Below, piece after piece: positions 49,064 to 57,805 of a stretch of 64,000 nt of DNA; the first letter of the stretch is position 1; the number at the start of each line of letters is the position of its first letter. The DNA is from an uncultured bacterium. GTDB taxonomy: Bacteria; UBA8481. Location: contig CAZCME010000024.1 in NCBI GenBank assembly GCA_964499705.1, forward strand, positions 1 to 64,000, given 5' to 3'. A program made the position numbers and the translations under genes. The notes under the pieces were generated by a model. The model worked only from the letters and a program-made list of their open reading frames with translations. It was not told where the DNA came from and ran no database searches.

Positions 49064-50575
49064 ATGCTTCTCTCGTTAATGATCTTCATTCCTCTCGTGG
49101 CCGGGGCCGTCATCCTGATGGCGCCAGAGCGCCTGACTCGCATCATTGCGCTCGCCTCGACTGCGATCACCCTGGTCGTCGCCGTCCTCGTCATCATGAG
49201 CTATGACGGATCGAGCCACGAAATCCAGCTCCTGACCGATGTCCCCTGGATCCCGGCCTTCGAGATCCACTACATCATCGGCATCGACGGGCTCTCGTTC
49301 CCGATGGTCGTCCTGACGGCATTGCTCTCCTTCATCTGCATCATCGCCTCCTGGACGATCGAGAAGCAGATCCGCGGATACTTTGCGCTCTTCCTTCTCC
49401 TGCAGTCCTCCATGACCGGCGTCTTCGTCGCGCTCGATCTCTTCCTCTTCTATGTCTTCTGGGAACTGATGCTTCTCCCGATGTACTTCCTCATCGGAAT
49501 CTGGGGCGCCCCGTCGCGCGTCGATCCGTTCGGCCGGACGCGCGGAGGCCCGTATGCCGCGATCAAGTTCTTCCTCTACACGCTCGTCGGCTCGCTCCTG
49601 ATGCTCGTCGCGATCCTCTGGCTCTGGAACGAGCGCGGCTCGTTCGACCTCCGCGTCCTCCAGGATCCGTCCCGGGCCCTCCGGACTCAGCTCATCCTCT
49701 GGTGCCTCTTCTTCGTCGCCTTCGCGGTGAAGATTCCGATGTTTCCGTTCCACACCTGGCTGCCCGACGCGCACGTGGAAGCGCCCACCGCCGTCTCCGT
49801 CATCCTCGCCGGCGTTCTTCTGAAGATGGGGACCTACGGCATCCTGCGGATCAACTATCCGCTCTTTCCCGACGCGACCGTCGCCATGGCGTCGGCCGTC
49901 GCTCTCTTCGGCGTCATCAACATACTCTACGGAGCGCTCTGCGCGATGGCGCAGACCGACATGAAGCGGCTGGTCGCGTATTCCTCCATCAGCCACATGG
50001 GTTACGTCATGCTCGGCATGGGAAGCTTCTTCATGCTCGGTTCGAGCCGGCAGGTCGATGAAGCTCTCCTCGGCGGCGTCCTGCAGATGTGGAATCACGG
50101 CACCATCACCGCCATGCTCTTCCTCCTCGTAGGCGTCATCTACGATCGCGCTCATCACCGCGACATCGACCGGTTCGGCGGCCTGGCCGTCACGATGCCT
50201 CAGTACACCGGCTGGGTCGCGCTCGCCTTCTTCGCTTCTCTCGGCCTTCCGGGTCTCTCCGGTTTCGTCGGCGAAGCGCTCGTCCTTCTCGGGACATGGC
50301 GGATCGGCGGCTATTACCGTTTCTTCGTTCTCCTGGCCGCTTTCGGCATCATCATCACCGCGGCATACCATCTCTGGCTCATCCAGCGCGCTTTCCTCGG
50401 GAAGGAAAATCCGAAATGCGCGCAGTATCCCGACCTGTCTCTCCGGGAGAAATTCATGCTGGCGCCCCTCGGCGCCATCGTCATCTGGATCGGCGTCTAT
50501 CCCGCTCCGATGCTGCGGGTCCTGAACGCCACCCTCAGGCATCTCTCCGAAACCGTGATCCAGGGCGGCATGTAA
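49064..50575 (+). CDS. nuoM: Complex I subunit M
   Basis: FWELML.PMY, PFHTWLPDAHVEAP, LLKMGTYG, GLPGLSGFVGE. Confidence 0.95.
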   Translation: MLLSLMIFIPLVAGAVILMAPERLTRIIALASTAITLVVAVLVIMSYDGSSHEIQLLTDVPWIPAFEIHYIIGIDGLSFPMVVLTALLSFICIIASWTIEKQIRGYFALFLLLQSSMTGVFVALDLFLFYVFWELMLLPMYFLIGIWGAPSRVDPFGRTRGGPYAAIKFFLYTLVGSLLMLVAILWLWNERGSFDLRVLQDPSRALRTQLILWCLFFVAFAVKIPMFPFHTWLPDAHVEAPTAVSVILAGVLLKMGTYGILRINYPLFPDATVAMASAVALFGVINILYGALCAMAQTDMKRLVAYSSISHMGYVMLGMGSFFMLGSSRQVDEALLGGVLQMWNHGTITAMLFLLVGVIYDRAHHRDIDRFGGLAVTMPQYTGWVALAFFASLGLPGLSGFVGEALVLLGTWRIGGYYRFFVLLAAFGIIITAAYHLWLIQRAFLGKENPKCAQYPDLSLREKFMLAPLGAIVIWIGVYPAPMLRVLNATLRHLSETVIQGGM

Positions 50576-51964
50576 GTGATCGAGCTTTCCCAACTCCGGT
50601 CGCTGTACCCCGAGATCATCCTGACGGGCGCGGCGTGTCTTCTTTTTCTCGGACGTCCCAGCCGCGCCCTGACGAGCTGGATCGCGTTCATCGCGATTCT
50701 CCTGACGATGCCGTTCGTCCTGGAGCAATGGGAATCGGCCGTCATCATCCTGAACCGGACCTACGAAATCGGCCACCTCGTCACGTTTCTGAAGCTCGTC
50801 ATGCTGACGGCCGGAGCCCTGGCCATTGCCATCGTCCATTCGGACCCGGAAGTGACGGACCATTACGCGGAAATCGTGGCGCTCGCCCTGACAACGCTCG
50901 TCGGCGGCATGCTGCTCATCTCCTCGCGCCATCTCGCCGTCACGTATCTCGCCTTCGAGATGCTGAGCGTACCGTCATACGCCCTCGTCGGTTCCATCGC
51001 GAACAGGTCGAAAAGCACGGAGGGCGGGCTCAAGTATGCCGTATTCGGCGGAGCCGCCTCCGGATTTCTCCTGTACGGTTTTTCGATCCTCTATGGGCTG
51101 ACCGGAAGCCTTTACTACGTCGACATCTTCTACAGCGGCGTCTCCCCATCCTTCGCGACGATCATCGCGGTCGTCTTCATCTTCGCGGGCGCGATGTACA
51201 AGCTGGCCGTCGCGCCGTTCCACTACTGGTGCCCGGACGCTTTCGAAGCGGCGCCCGCGTCGATCGCCGGACTTCTCTCGATCGCGCCGAAGGCCGCCGG
51301 TTTCGGCCTGCTGATCGCCCTGACGGAAGTCTTCCACGCGACTCCCATCTGGACGTCCCTGCTGGGCGCCGCCGCCGTCATCTCCATGACCTTCGGAAAT
51401 CTCGCCGCGATTCCTCAGCAGAACGTCAAGAGGCTCCTTGCGTATTCTTCCATCGCTCACGCCGGCTACATGCTCGTCGCGGCCGCCTGCGCCTCCCGCG
51501 GCGGGAAATTCGCCATCCTCTTCTACCTGACGACGTATCTCTTCATGAACCTCGGAGCCTTCTACATCACGGGCCTCGTGTCTCCCGACGGATCGATCCG
51601 GCACTTCCGGGGACTGGCGAAACGCTCGTCCTTCACCGCGTGCTGCATGGCAATCTTCCTCTTCTCGCTGACGGGGCTCCCGCCTTTCGGCGGCTTCATC
51701 GGCAAGCTCCTCATCATATCCGCGGCCCTCGAAGTGAAAGCGCACTTCCTGATCATCGTCCTCGTCGCCAATTCCGTCGTCTCGCTCTACTACTACGCCC
51801 GCATCCTCCGGACGATGTACTTCGACGAGTCCGAGGATCTCCTGCCGATCCGCCTCGGCACGCTCGCGGAGACCGCGATCTCCGTCGCCGCCGCGATGAT
51901 CCTCGTGCTGGGCCTCTGGTGGGGCCCCATCGGCACGCTCGCGCAGGCCGCGGCACGGTACTGA
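50576..51964 (+). CDS. nuoN: Complex I subunit N
   Basis: EGGLKY, KLAVAPFHYWCPD, KRLLAYSSIAHAGY, GLPPFGGFIGK. Confidence 0.94.
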   Translation: MIELSQLRSLYPEIILTGAACLLFLGRPSRALTSWIAFIAILLTMPFVLEQWESAVIILNRTYEIGHLVTFLKLVMLTAGALAIAIVHSDPEVTDHYAEIVALALTTLVGGMLLISSRHLAVTYLAFEMLSVPSYALVGSIANRSKSTEGGLKYAVFGGAASGFLLYGFSILYGLTGSLYYVDIFYSGVSPSFATIIAVVFIFAGAMYKLAVAPFHYWCPDAFEAAPASIAGLLSIAPKAAGFGLLIALTEVFHATPIWTSLLGAAAVISMTFGNLAAIPQQNVKRLLAYSSIAHAGYMLVAAACASRGGKFAILFYLTTYLFMNLGAFYITGLVSPDGSIRHFRGLAKRSSFTACCMAIFLFSLTGLPPFGGFIGKLLIISAALEVKAHFLIIVLVANSVVSLYYYARILRTMYFDESEDLLPIRLGTLAETAISVAAAMILVLGLWWGPIGTLAQAAARY

Positions 51965-51979
51965 CAGGCCATATTTGTG

Positions 51980-52007
51980 CTTCATTCTTCACGCTTCATA
52001 CTTCATA
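51980..52007 (+). repeat. Heptamer tract (CTTCANN)4
   Basis: CTTCATT CTTCACG CTTCATA CTTCATA. Confidence 0.75.
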
Positions 52008-52015
52008 ATTAACCC

Positions 52016-52351
52016 ATGGCCACCGCGACAAAACAATACGACCACTGGAAGATCGTCCCGGACCCGGCGGACAAGATCTCGGCGAAGAAGAAAAAGCCCA
52101 AGCTCATGGCCGTTGTCGACGAGGACAACTGCACGGGCTGCCAGGTCTGCGTGCCCTTCTGTCCCGTCAACTGCATCGAGGCGGTGCCAAAGGAGAAATA
52201 CAACATCCCCATCCCGCCCGTCCAGATCCGGTTCAACGAATGCATCGGCTGCCAGATCTGCGCCCGCGTCTGCACCAAGCTCACCTGGGACGCGATCCGG
52301 ATGATCCCGACCGAGGATTTCGAGGCGACGTACGGGATCAAGATTGATTAA
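52016..52351 (+). CDS. 2x[4Fe-4S] ferredoxin with a basic N-terminal extension
   Basis: CTGCQVCVPFCP and CIGCQICARVC. Confidence 0.9.
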   Translation: MATATKQYDHWKIVPDPADKISAKKKKPKLMAVVDEDNCTGCQVCVPFCPVNCIEAVPKEKYNIPIPPVQIRFNECIGCQICARVCTKLTWDAIRMIPTEDFEATYGIKID

Positions 52352-52358
52352 AGCAACT

Positions 52359-52388
52359 TTCATCCTTCATCCTTCATCCCTCATCCTT
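52359..52388 (+). repeat. Heptamer tract (TTCATCC)4
   Basis: TTCATCC x3 + CTCATCC. Confidence 0.8.
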
Positions 52389-52393
52389 CTCTA

Positions 52394-52882
52394 ATGTGGT
52401 TCTTCATGTATCTCTGCTACGGCCTCGCGCTGGCTTCGTTTGTCCTTCTCGGAGCCACGGGCCTTTCCGGCTACTTCCACGTACCCGTCCTGCATCTCCC
52501 TCATTCCTCGTTCGCGCTGCTGGCCATGATCATCTACCTCTTCACGCAGACGCTCATCATGTTCTTCTTCGTCGGCACGGGCGTCTCGGTGAAGGAATAC
52601 ATCCAGGAGCACGGCAAGGATCCGGCGTTCTACAGGAAATGCGTCCTCATCAAGAACTACCTCTATCCGCCCATGATCTGGAACATCATCCTGATGTCGA
52701 CGGTCTTCATCATCGGCGGCGGAGTCGACACGGGGAAGATCCCGGGCTGGATTCACGGGTGGCTGTTTCTCCTCTCGTACGCGCAGCTCGGCTGGGCCAT
52801 GCTCGTGGAACATCGGGCGTTCCGGGAGAACACGGAAAACATGCTGGAGCTGTTCGAAGTGAGCCGTAAGATCGAGGCCTGA
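52394..52882 (+). CDS. Hypothetical 4-TM membrane protein
   Basis: Four hydrophobic segments, His at helix starts; genome-like GC3 bias. Confidence 0.7.
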   Translation: MWFFMYLCYGLALASFVLLGATGLSGYFHVPVLHLPHSSFALLAMIIYLFTQTLIMFFFVGTGVSVKEYIQEHGKDPAFYRKCVLIKNYLYPPMIWNIILMSTVFIIGGGVDTGKIPGWIHGWLFLLSYAQLGWAMLVEHRAFRENTENMLELFEVSRKIEA

Positions 52883-52893
52883 TCGCGCGTTCC

Positions 52894-52911
52894 GCTTCAC
52901 GTGATCTTCAT
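52894..52911 (+). promoter_or_regulatory. Candidate response-regulator box (autoregulation)
   Basis: GCTTCACGTGATCTTCAT, 11-bp tandem CTTCAY; 15/18 match to 54972-54989. Confidence 0.6.
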
Positions 52912-52935
52912 CTTCTTCCGGTATATCTTCCGTTC

Positions 52936-53613
52936 ATGCGCATACTGGTCGTGGAGGACGAGGCGAAGACGGCGCGGGCCATCATCCAGGGCCTGGCGGA
53001 GGAAGGCTACGCGGCCGACCATGCCGGCGACGGGGAAGAAGGTCTGTATCTTGCGACGGAAAATCCCTACGACGTCATTCTTCTGGATGTGCGGCTGCCG
53101 AGGATGGAAGGCACCGAGCTCTGCAGGCGCTATCGCGCCGCCGGAGGTTCATCGCCGATCCTGATGCTGACGGCAAATACGATGACCGAGCAGAAAGTCG
53201 GGGGACTCGACGCCGGCGCGGACGATTACCTCACGAAACCTTTTGAATTCGACGAGCTTCTCGCCCGCATTCGAGCGCTCGCGCGACGCGGCAGGACTCC
53301 GTCGCGCGGACCGGTCCTCAAGTTTCGCGACCTCGCCCTGGATCCCGCGGGACGCGTGGTGCGAAGGGCGAACCGGACGATCGACGTGACCGCCAAGGAA
53401 TTTGCGATCCTGGAAATTCTTCTTCGCAAGCCGGGGGAGGTCGTGACGCGCGCGGAGATCATGGACGGGTGCTGGGACATGAACTTCGAGAGCGATTCGA
53501 ATCCGGTCGACGTGCATGTCGCGTCGCTCCGCAGGAAACTGGAGGAGAACCGCCGGCCGCGGATCATCCAGACGGTTCGCGGCGCCGGATATGTTCTCCG
53601 GGAGGATGGATGA
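52936..53613 (+). CDS. OmpR/PhoB-family response regulator (CusR/CzcR-like)
   Basis: ILVVEDE, LLDVRLP, GADDYLTKPF, VDVHVASLRRKL, TVRGAGY. Confidence 0.95.
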   Translation: MRILVVEDEAKTARAIIQGLAEEGYAADHAGDGEEGLYLATENPYDVILLDVRLPRMEGTELCRRYRAAGGSSPILMLTANTMTEQKVGGLDAGADDYLTKPFEFDELLARIRALARRGRTPSRGPVLKFRDLALDPAGRVVRRANRTIDVTAKEFAILEILLRKPGEVVTRAEIMDGCWDMNFESDSNPVDVHVASLRRKLEENRRPRIIQTVRGAGYVLREDG

Positions 53614-54980
53614 AACTCGGTGTCCGTCATCGCGTCGGGATCGCGGCCGCATTCGGAGTGATCGTCGCGGGCGCACTGCTCGCAACGGGATTCTGGTGGC
53701 TCTTCCGCGCGCAGCTTCTTCAAACCGCGCGCGAGGATCTGCTGCGACAGGCGTGGAGAATCGGGGAATCCGCCGATGAAGGGCTCGAGTTCGCGCCGGA
53801 CGACGAGAGAAGGCTGGTCCACGCCGCGATTCTCGATACAGCGGGACGGACCATCGAAGCGGATGGAATACCGATGGAAGGCCTTTCCACGTGGCCCATC
53901 GTGCTGGAAGCCCTGGCGGGTCGATCCGCGTACGGCGGGCCGGATGAGTACGACAGGATTTTCGTGGCGGTGCCGGTCGAGGAAGAACGAGAATGGTTGC
54001 CACCCGGGCAGGCGATGCCGGCGGCCGTCGTCCTCGTCGCCTCCGTCAGCGAGCGCCTCGCCGCCGCGCGGACTCTGGCTCTCTATCTCGCCGGCTTCGT
54101 GCCGATTGCCGCTCTCCTGGCCGGGCTCGGCGGAGCATGGCTGGCGGGGCGCGCGCTGGCGCCGGTGGATTCCATGGTGCGCACCGCGTCGTCCATCGAA
54201 GGCTCCGGGCTTTCGACGCGCCTCGACGTTTCGTCATCCTCCGACGAGATCGCGCATCTGGCGACAACGCTGAACGCCATGCTCGACCGCATCGAATCGG
54301 CCTTCCAGCACAATATCCGCTTCATCGCGGACGCGTCGCACGAGATCCGTAATCCGCTCACGAACCTCTCCAGCGAAATCCAGGTGCTCCTTCGGCAGGA
54401 TCGCCGGCCGGACGAATACCGCGCGGCGCTGGAATCAGCCCTGGAGGAAGTCCGCAGGCTCTCCCGCATCGCCGACGAGCTCCTCTTCCTCGCGCGCGCG
54501 GACGCCGGCCAGCGAAACGGCGAAGCCTGCGAGATCGACATGGCCGCGATCATCCGTCGCGCGGCGCAGCACCTGGTGGAGCCGGCGCGATCGGCGGATG
54601 TCACGATCACTGTCGCGGCGGGGGAACGGGTCCTGACGCGCGGCGATGCGGGCGCGATCGCGCGCCTCGTGCGCAATCTCCTCGATAACGCGGTCCGCTA
54701 CACTCCTCGCGGAGGCCGCGTGGAGATATCGGCTTCGATAGCCGATGGGAAGGCCCATATCAGGGTGGATGATTCCGGCCCCGGCATCCGGGAAGAGAAT
54801 CGTGAACAGGTGTTCGAGAGGTTCTGGAGAGGAGACCATGGCCGGACATCGTCACCCGAGGGAGCAGGACTGGGACTGGCGATCTGCCGGGAAGTGGTCG
54901 AGGCGCACAAGGGAAGCCTGTCGGTCGGACAAGCGGCGATCGGCGGAGCGAGGTTTGAAATATTTCTGCCTGCTTCATGA
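53610..54980 (+). CDS. Sensor histidine kinase (2 TM, HAMP)
   Basis: DEIAHLATTLNAML, ADASHEIRNPL, NLLDNAVRY, DDSGPG, GAGLGLAI. Confidence 0.95.
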   Translation: MKLGVRHRVGIAAAFGVIVAGALLATGFWWLFRAQLLQTAREDLLRQAWRIGESADEGLEFAPDDERRLVHAAILDTAGRTIEADGIPMEGLSTWPIVLEALAGRSAYGGPDEYDRIFVAVPVEEEREWLPPGQAMPAAVVLVASVSERLAAARTLALYLAGFVPIAALLAGLGGAWLAGRALAPVDSMVRTASSIEGSGLSTRLDVSSSSDEIAHLATTLNAMLDRIESAFQHNIRFIADASHEIRNPLTNLSSEIQVLLRQDRRPDEYRAALESALEEVRRLSRIADELLFLARADAGQRNGEACEIDMAAIIRRAAQHLVEPARSADVTITVAAGERVLTRGDAGAIARLVRNLLDNAVRYTPRGGRVEISASIADGKAHIRVDDSGPGIREENREQVFERFWRGDHGRTSSPEGAGLGLAICREVVEAHKGSLSVGQAAIGGARFEIFLPAS

Positions 54981-54989
54981 AATCTTCAT
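54972..54989 (+). promoter_or_regulatory. Candidate response-regulator box upstream of the PepSY gene
   Basis: GCTTCATGAAATCTTCAT, 10 nt before TAGATT. Confidence 0.6.
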
Positions 54990-55030
54990 GAGCGGGTTGT
55001 AGATTATGATAAATCAACAAGGAGGCGCGC

Positions 55031-55513
55031 ATGCGTAAAATGGTCATGGCAGTGGCGGTACTGGCATTGGTGGGAGGAATCGGGATTTTCGGAACGGGAC
55101 CGGCGGCGGCCGAACGCGGCTGGAGCGGCCACAAGGACGACGAGCCGACGATCAAATCATCGGTGCGAATTCCGTCGGAAGAGGAGCATCTCGTCTCGCT
55201 CGCCAAGCTGACGATCGAGGACGCGATCAAGAGAGTGCGTGAAACCGAGACCGGCGCCGTGATCGCCGCGGAGCTCGAGGCGGAGGACGGATATCTCTAC
55301 TGGAGCGTCGAGTTCGCGCGCGCGGACGGGATGTACGAAGCGACGATCGATCCGGGCAACGGAAAGATCCTCTCCGTCGAGCGAGATGACGACGAATGCG
55401 AATCCGAAGGTGAAGAAGAGGATGACGAGGACGAGGACGAAGAAGAGGGCGGCCGAGGCGGCTGGAATAACGGCGGACGCGGCGGCTGGAATCGCGGTCG
55501 AGGCGAGCGGTAA
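55031..55513 (+). CDS. Secreted PepSY-domain protein with an acidic stretch and GGRGGW tail
   Basis: AAGGAGG RBS; signal peptide; AKLTIEDAI...G.VIAAELE.EDG...IDPGNGKIL. Confidence 0.85.
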   Translation: MRKMVMAVAVLALVGGIGIFGTGPAAAERGWSGHKDDEPTIKSSVRIPSEEEHLVSLAKLTIEDAIKRVRETETGAVIAAELEAEDGYLYWSVEFARADGMYEATIDPGNGKILSVERDDDECESEGEEEDDEDEDEEEGGRGGWNNGGRGGWNRGRGER

Positions 55514-55549
55514 CTCTAGGTTCGTTTTTTCGGGTTTCATCCCAACGAT

Positions 55550-55588
55550 GATGCCAGGCTGCTTCGGCAGCCTGGCATCCTGTTTTTG
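55550..55588 (+). terminator. Intrinsic terminator
   Basis: GATGCCAGGCTGC-TTCG-GCAGCCTGGCATC then CTGTTTTT. Confidence 0.88.
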
Positions 55589-55610
55589 AATTGGATCGCG
55601 GACGCCCCGC

Positions 55611-57287
55611 TCAATAAACCCCGCCGCCCGCCGCGCCACGCGTGGCCGCGGGTATGATCGCCGCCTTCCGAACAAGCTCGAGAAATTCCGCGCGACATCC
55701 GTCTTCATCGCGGCCGAGAGACCCATTCGCCAGTTCCCCGGCGGATTCCCATGTCGCCGTGCCCTTCAGCTTCGATTCCCGCAGCAGCATACCGAATTCC
55801 GCGACGGCCGCGGCGAATCGAAAATCTTCCGAGAGCGCGGAATTCTCGCCGGTCATGACGGCCCGCTCCAGCAGCCTGCTCTTCTCTTCATCCGGCAGCT
55901 TGTACCGGAGTTGGAACGTGAACAGCTCTCTCTGCGCATTCTCATCGGCGCTTCGCGCCACCGTCTGATACCGCAGAGGTCGCGCCGATCGGACGCTCTC
56001 ATCGTTTCCCGCTGGAATCAGTTCGTACATCGCGGTCACGGTGTGTCCCTCGCCGAGCTCGCCCGCGTCCTTCTTGTCGTCCGAAAAATCCTCCGCGGCG
56101 AGCGCGCGGTTTTCGTATCCGATGAGCCTGTATGCCTTGACATGGGCCGGATTGAACTCGACCTGGATCTTGACGTCCTTGGCGATCGTGTGGAGCGTTC
56201 CTCCGAGTTCCTTGACGAGAACCTTGCGGGCTTCGTTCTCGCCGTCGATATAGGCATAATTGCCGTTGCCGTTGTCGGCAAGTTGCTCCATCTTCGCATC
56301 CTGGATATTGCCCGTGCCGAATCCCAGGACGGACAGGAAGACGCCCTCCTTTCTCTTCTCCTCGATCAGGCGGACGAGTTCGCCGTCGCTCGAAATCCCC
56401 ACGTTGAAATCGCCGTCGGTGGCGAGAATCACGCGGTTGTTGCCGCCCTTGACGAAGTTCTCCGCGGCGATCCTGTACGCCAGCACGATTCCCTCCGCGC
56501 CCGCGGTCGATCCGCCCGGCTGCAGTTGATCGATCGCCGCGAGGATCTTCGCGCGGTCGCTCCCCGGCGTCGACGGAAGTGCGAGCCCGCTCGCGCCCGC
56601 ATACACGACGATCGCGACGCGGTCGGTCGGAGCGAGATGGTCGACGAGCATCCTGAAAGAGGATTTCAGGAGAGGAAGCTTGTCGGGAGAATCCATGGAT
56701 CCCGACACATCGATGAGAAAGACGAAGTTGCTGGAGGGAAGTTTCTCGCGCGGAATCTCCTTCCCCTTCAGCCCGATCCGGACGAGAAGGTGGTCGGCGT
56801 TCCAGGGACACGCGGCCGCTTCCGCGTGGATCGCGAACGGGCCTGCTCCTCCCGAGGGGCCGTCGTAGTTGTACGGAAAATAATTGATCAGCTCCTCGAT
56901 GCGCACCGCGTCGTGGGGCGGCAGCGTGTTCGAGGTGAGAAAACGCCGGACGTTCGCATAGGAAGCTCGATCGACGTCGATGGAGAACGTGGAGAGCGGG
57001 TGGACGGTGGCGTCCTGGAAGTCGTTCTCCACGATGCGGGCGTACTGCTCCCTGTCGACTGGCGGCGGACAGACGGCGATCGTGGGCGCGCCTGTAATGT
57101 AACACTCCCCGCCGTAAATGCCGCCGGAAAGCGCGGCCTGGTTCTGTCCCATCGTCCCCGTGCCGACCGATGCGGAAAACATGTTTCTCATGGGACCTCC
57201 GAGCGCGATGCATCCGCCCACCCCCATCATCGCGGCGAAACAGATCGTGATCCCGATATAAACCGACTTTTTCGTTACAGAGCTCAT
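55611..57287 (-). CDS. YfbK-like VWA-domain protein (vWF_A, VWA, DUF3520-like)
   Basis: STFSIDVDRASY, VRIEELINYF, DVSGSM MIDAS, LATDGDFNVG, YRLIGYENR, DAGELG; GGAGG RBS. Confidence 0.92.
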   Translation of the reverse strand: MSSVTKKSVYIGITICFAAMMGVGGCIALGGPMRNMFSASVGTGTMGQNQAALSGGIYGGECYITGAPTIAVCPPPVDREQYARIVENDFQDATVHPLSTFSIDVDRASYANVRRFLTSNTLPPHDAVRIEELINYFPYNYDGPSGGAGPFAIHAEAAACPWNADHLLVRIGLKGKEIPREKLPSSNFVFLIDVSGSMDSPDKLPLLKSSFRMLVDHLAPTDRVAIVVYAGASGLALPSTPGSDRAKILAAIDQLQPGGSTAGAEGIVLAYRIAAENFVKGGNNRVILATDGDFNVGISSDGELVRLIEEKRKEGVFLSVLGFGTGNIQDAKMEQLADNGNGNYAYIDGENEARKVLVKELGGTLHTIAKDVKIQVEFNPAHVKAYRLIGYENRALAAEDFSDDKKDAGELGEGHTVTAMYELIPAGNDESVRSARPLRYQTVARSADENAQRELFTFQLRYKLPDEEKSRLLERAVMTGENSALSEDFRFAAAVAEFGMLLRESKLKGTATWESAGELANGSLGRDEDGCRAEFLELVRKAAIIPAATRGAAGGGVY

Positions 57288-57365
57288 TTTCGTCACCTCC
57301 TGCCGCTATGACGGGAACGCCGGAATGATTATTCGAAGATTCGCAGGCCGCTTCCGCCGCATCGC

Positions 57366-57394
57366 TTGACTGTATACAAACGTATACTTATAAT
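57366..57394 (+). promoter_or_regulatory. Sigma-70 promoter with a palindromic operator in the spacer
   Basis: TTGACT-GTATACAAACGTATACT-TATAAT (17-nt spacer), 6 nt before ATG. Confidence 0.85.
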
Positions 57395-57400
57395 TAACTC

Positions 57401-57705
57401 ATGAGAAATCGCCTTGTCACGCCGGAGCGGATCGCGCTCCTCAAGAAACATGTCCGCGCCCGAGGATCGCTCCCGTCGTTCCGGGAGCTCGTCCGCCTCC
57501 TGGACTGCTCCTCGCCCAACACGGCGACGCGCTTCTATAGCGCGCTGGAGAAGCTCGGCTACATCCGCCGGGAGCGGATCGGCGGAACGCGCACGGAACG
57601 CGAGACGCTTCTCCCGTCCGCGCTCCTCACCGGCCTCCCCTGCTACGAGAGCATCGCGGCGGGATGGCCGTCGCCGGCGGAGGATGAACTCTGCGACATC
57701 ATCAC
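57401..57705 (+). CDS. lexA: LexA-like repressor, N-terminal part (wHTH + UmuD-type cleavage region); truncated by the gap
   Basis: LPSFREL...S......LEKLGYIRR; IAAGWPSPAEDE. Confidence 0.8.
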
Positions 57706-57805
57706 NNNNNNNNNNNNNNNNNNNNNNNNNNNNNNNNNNNNNNNNNNNNNNNNNNNNNNNNNNNNNNNNNNNNNNNNNNNNNNNNNNNNNNNNNNNNNNN
57801 NNNNN

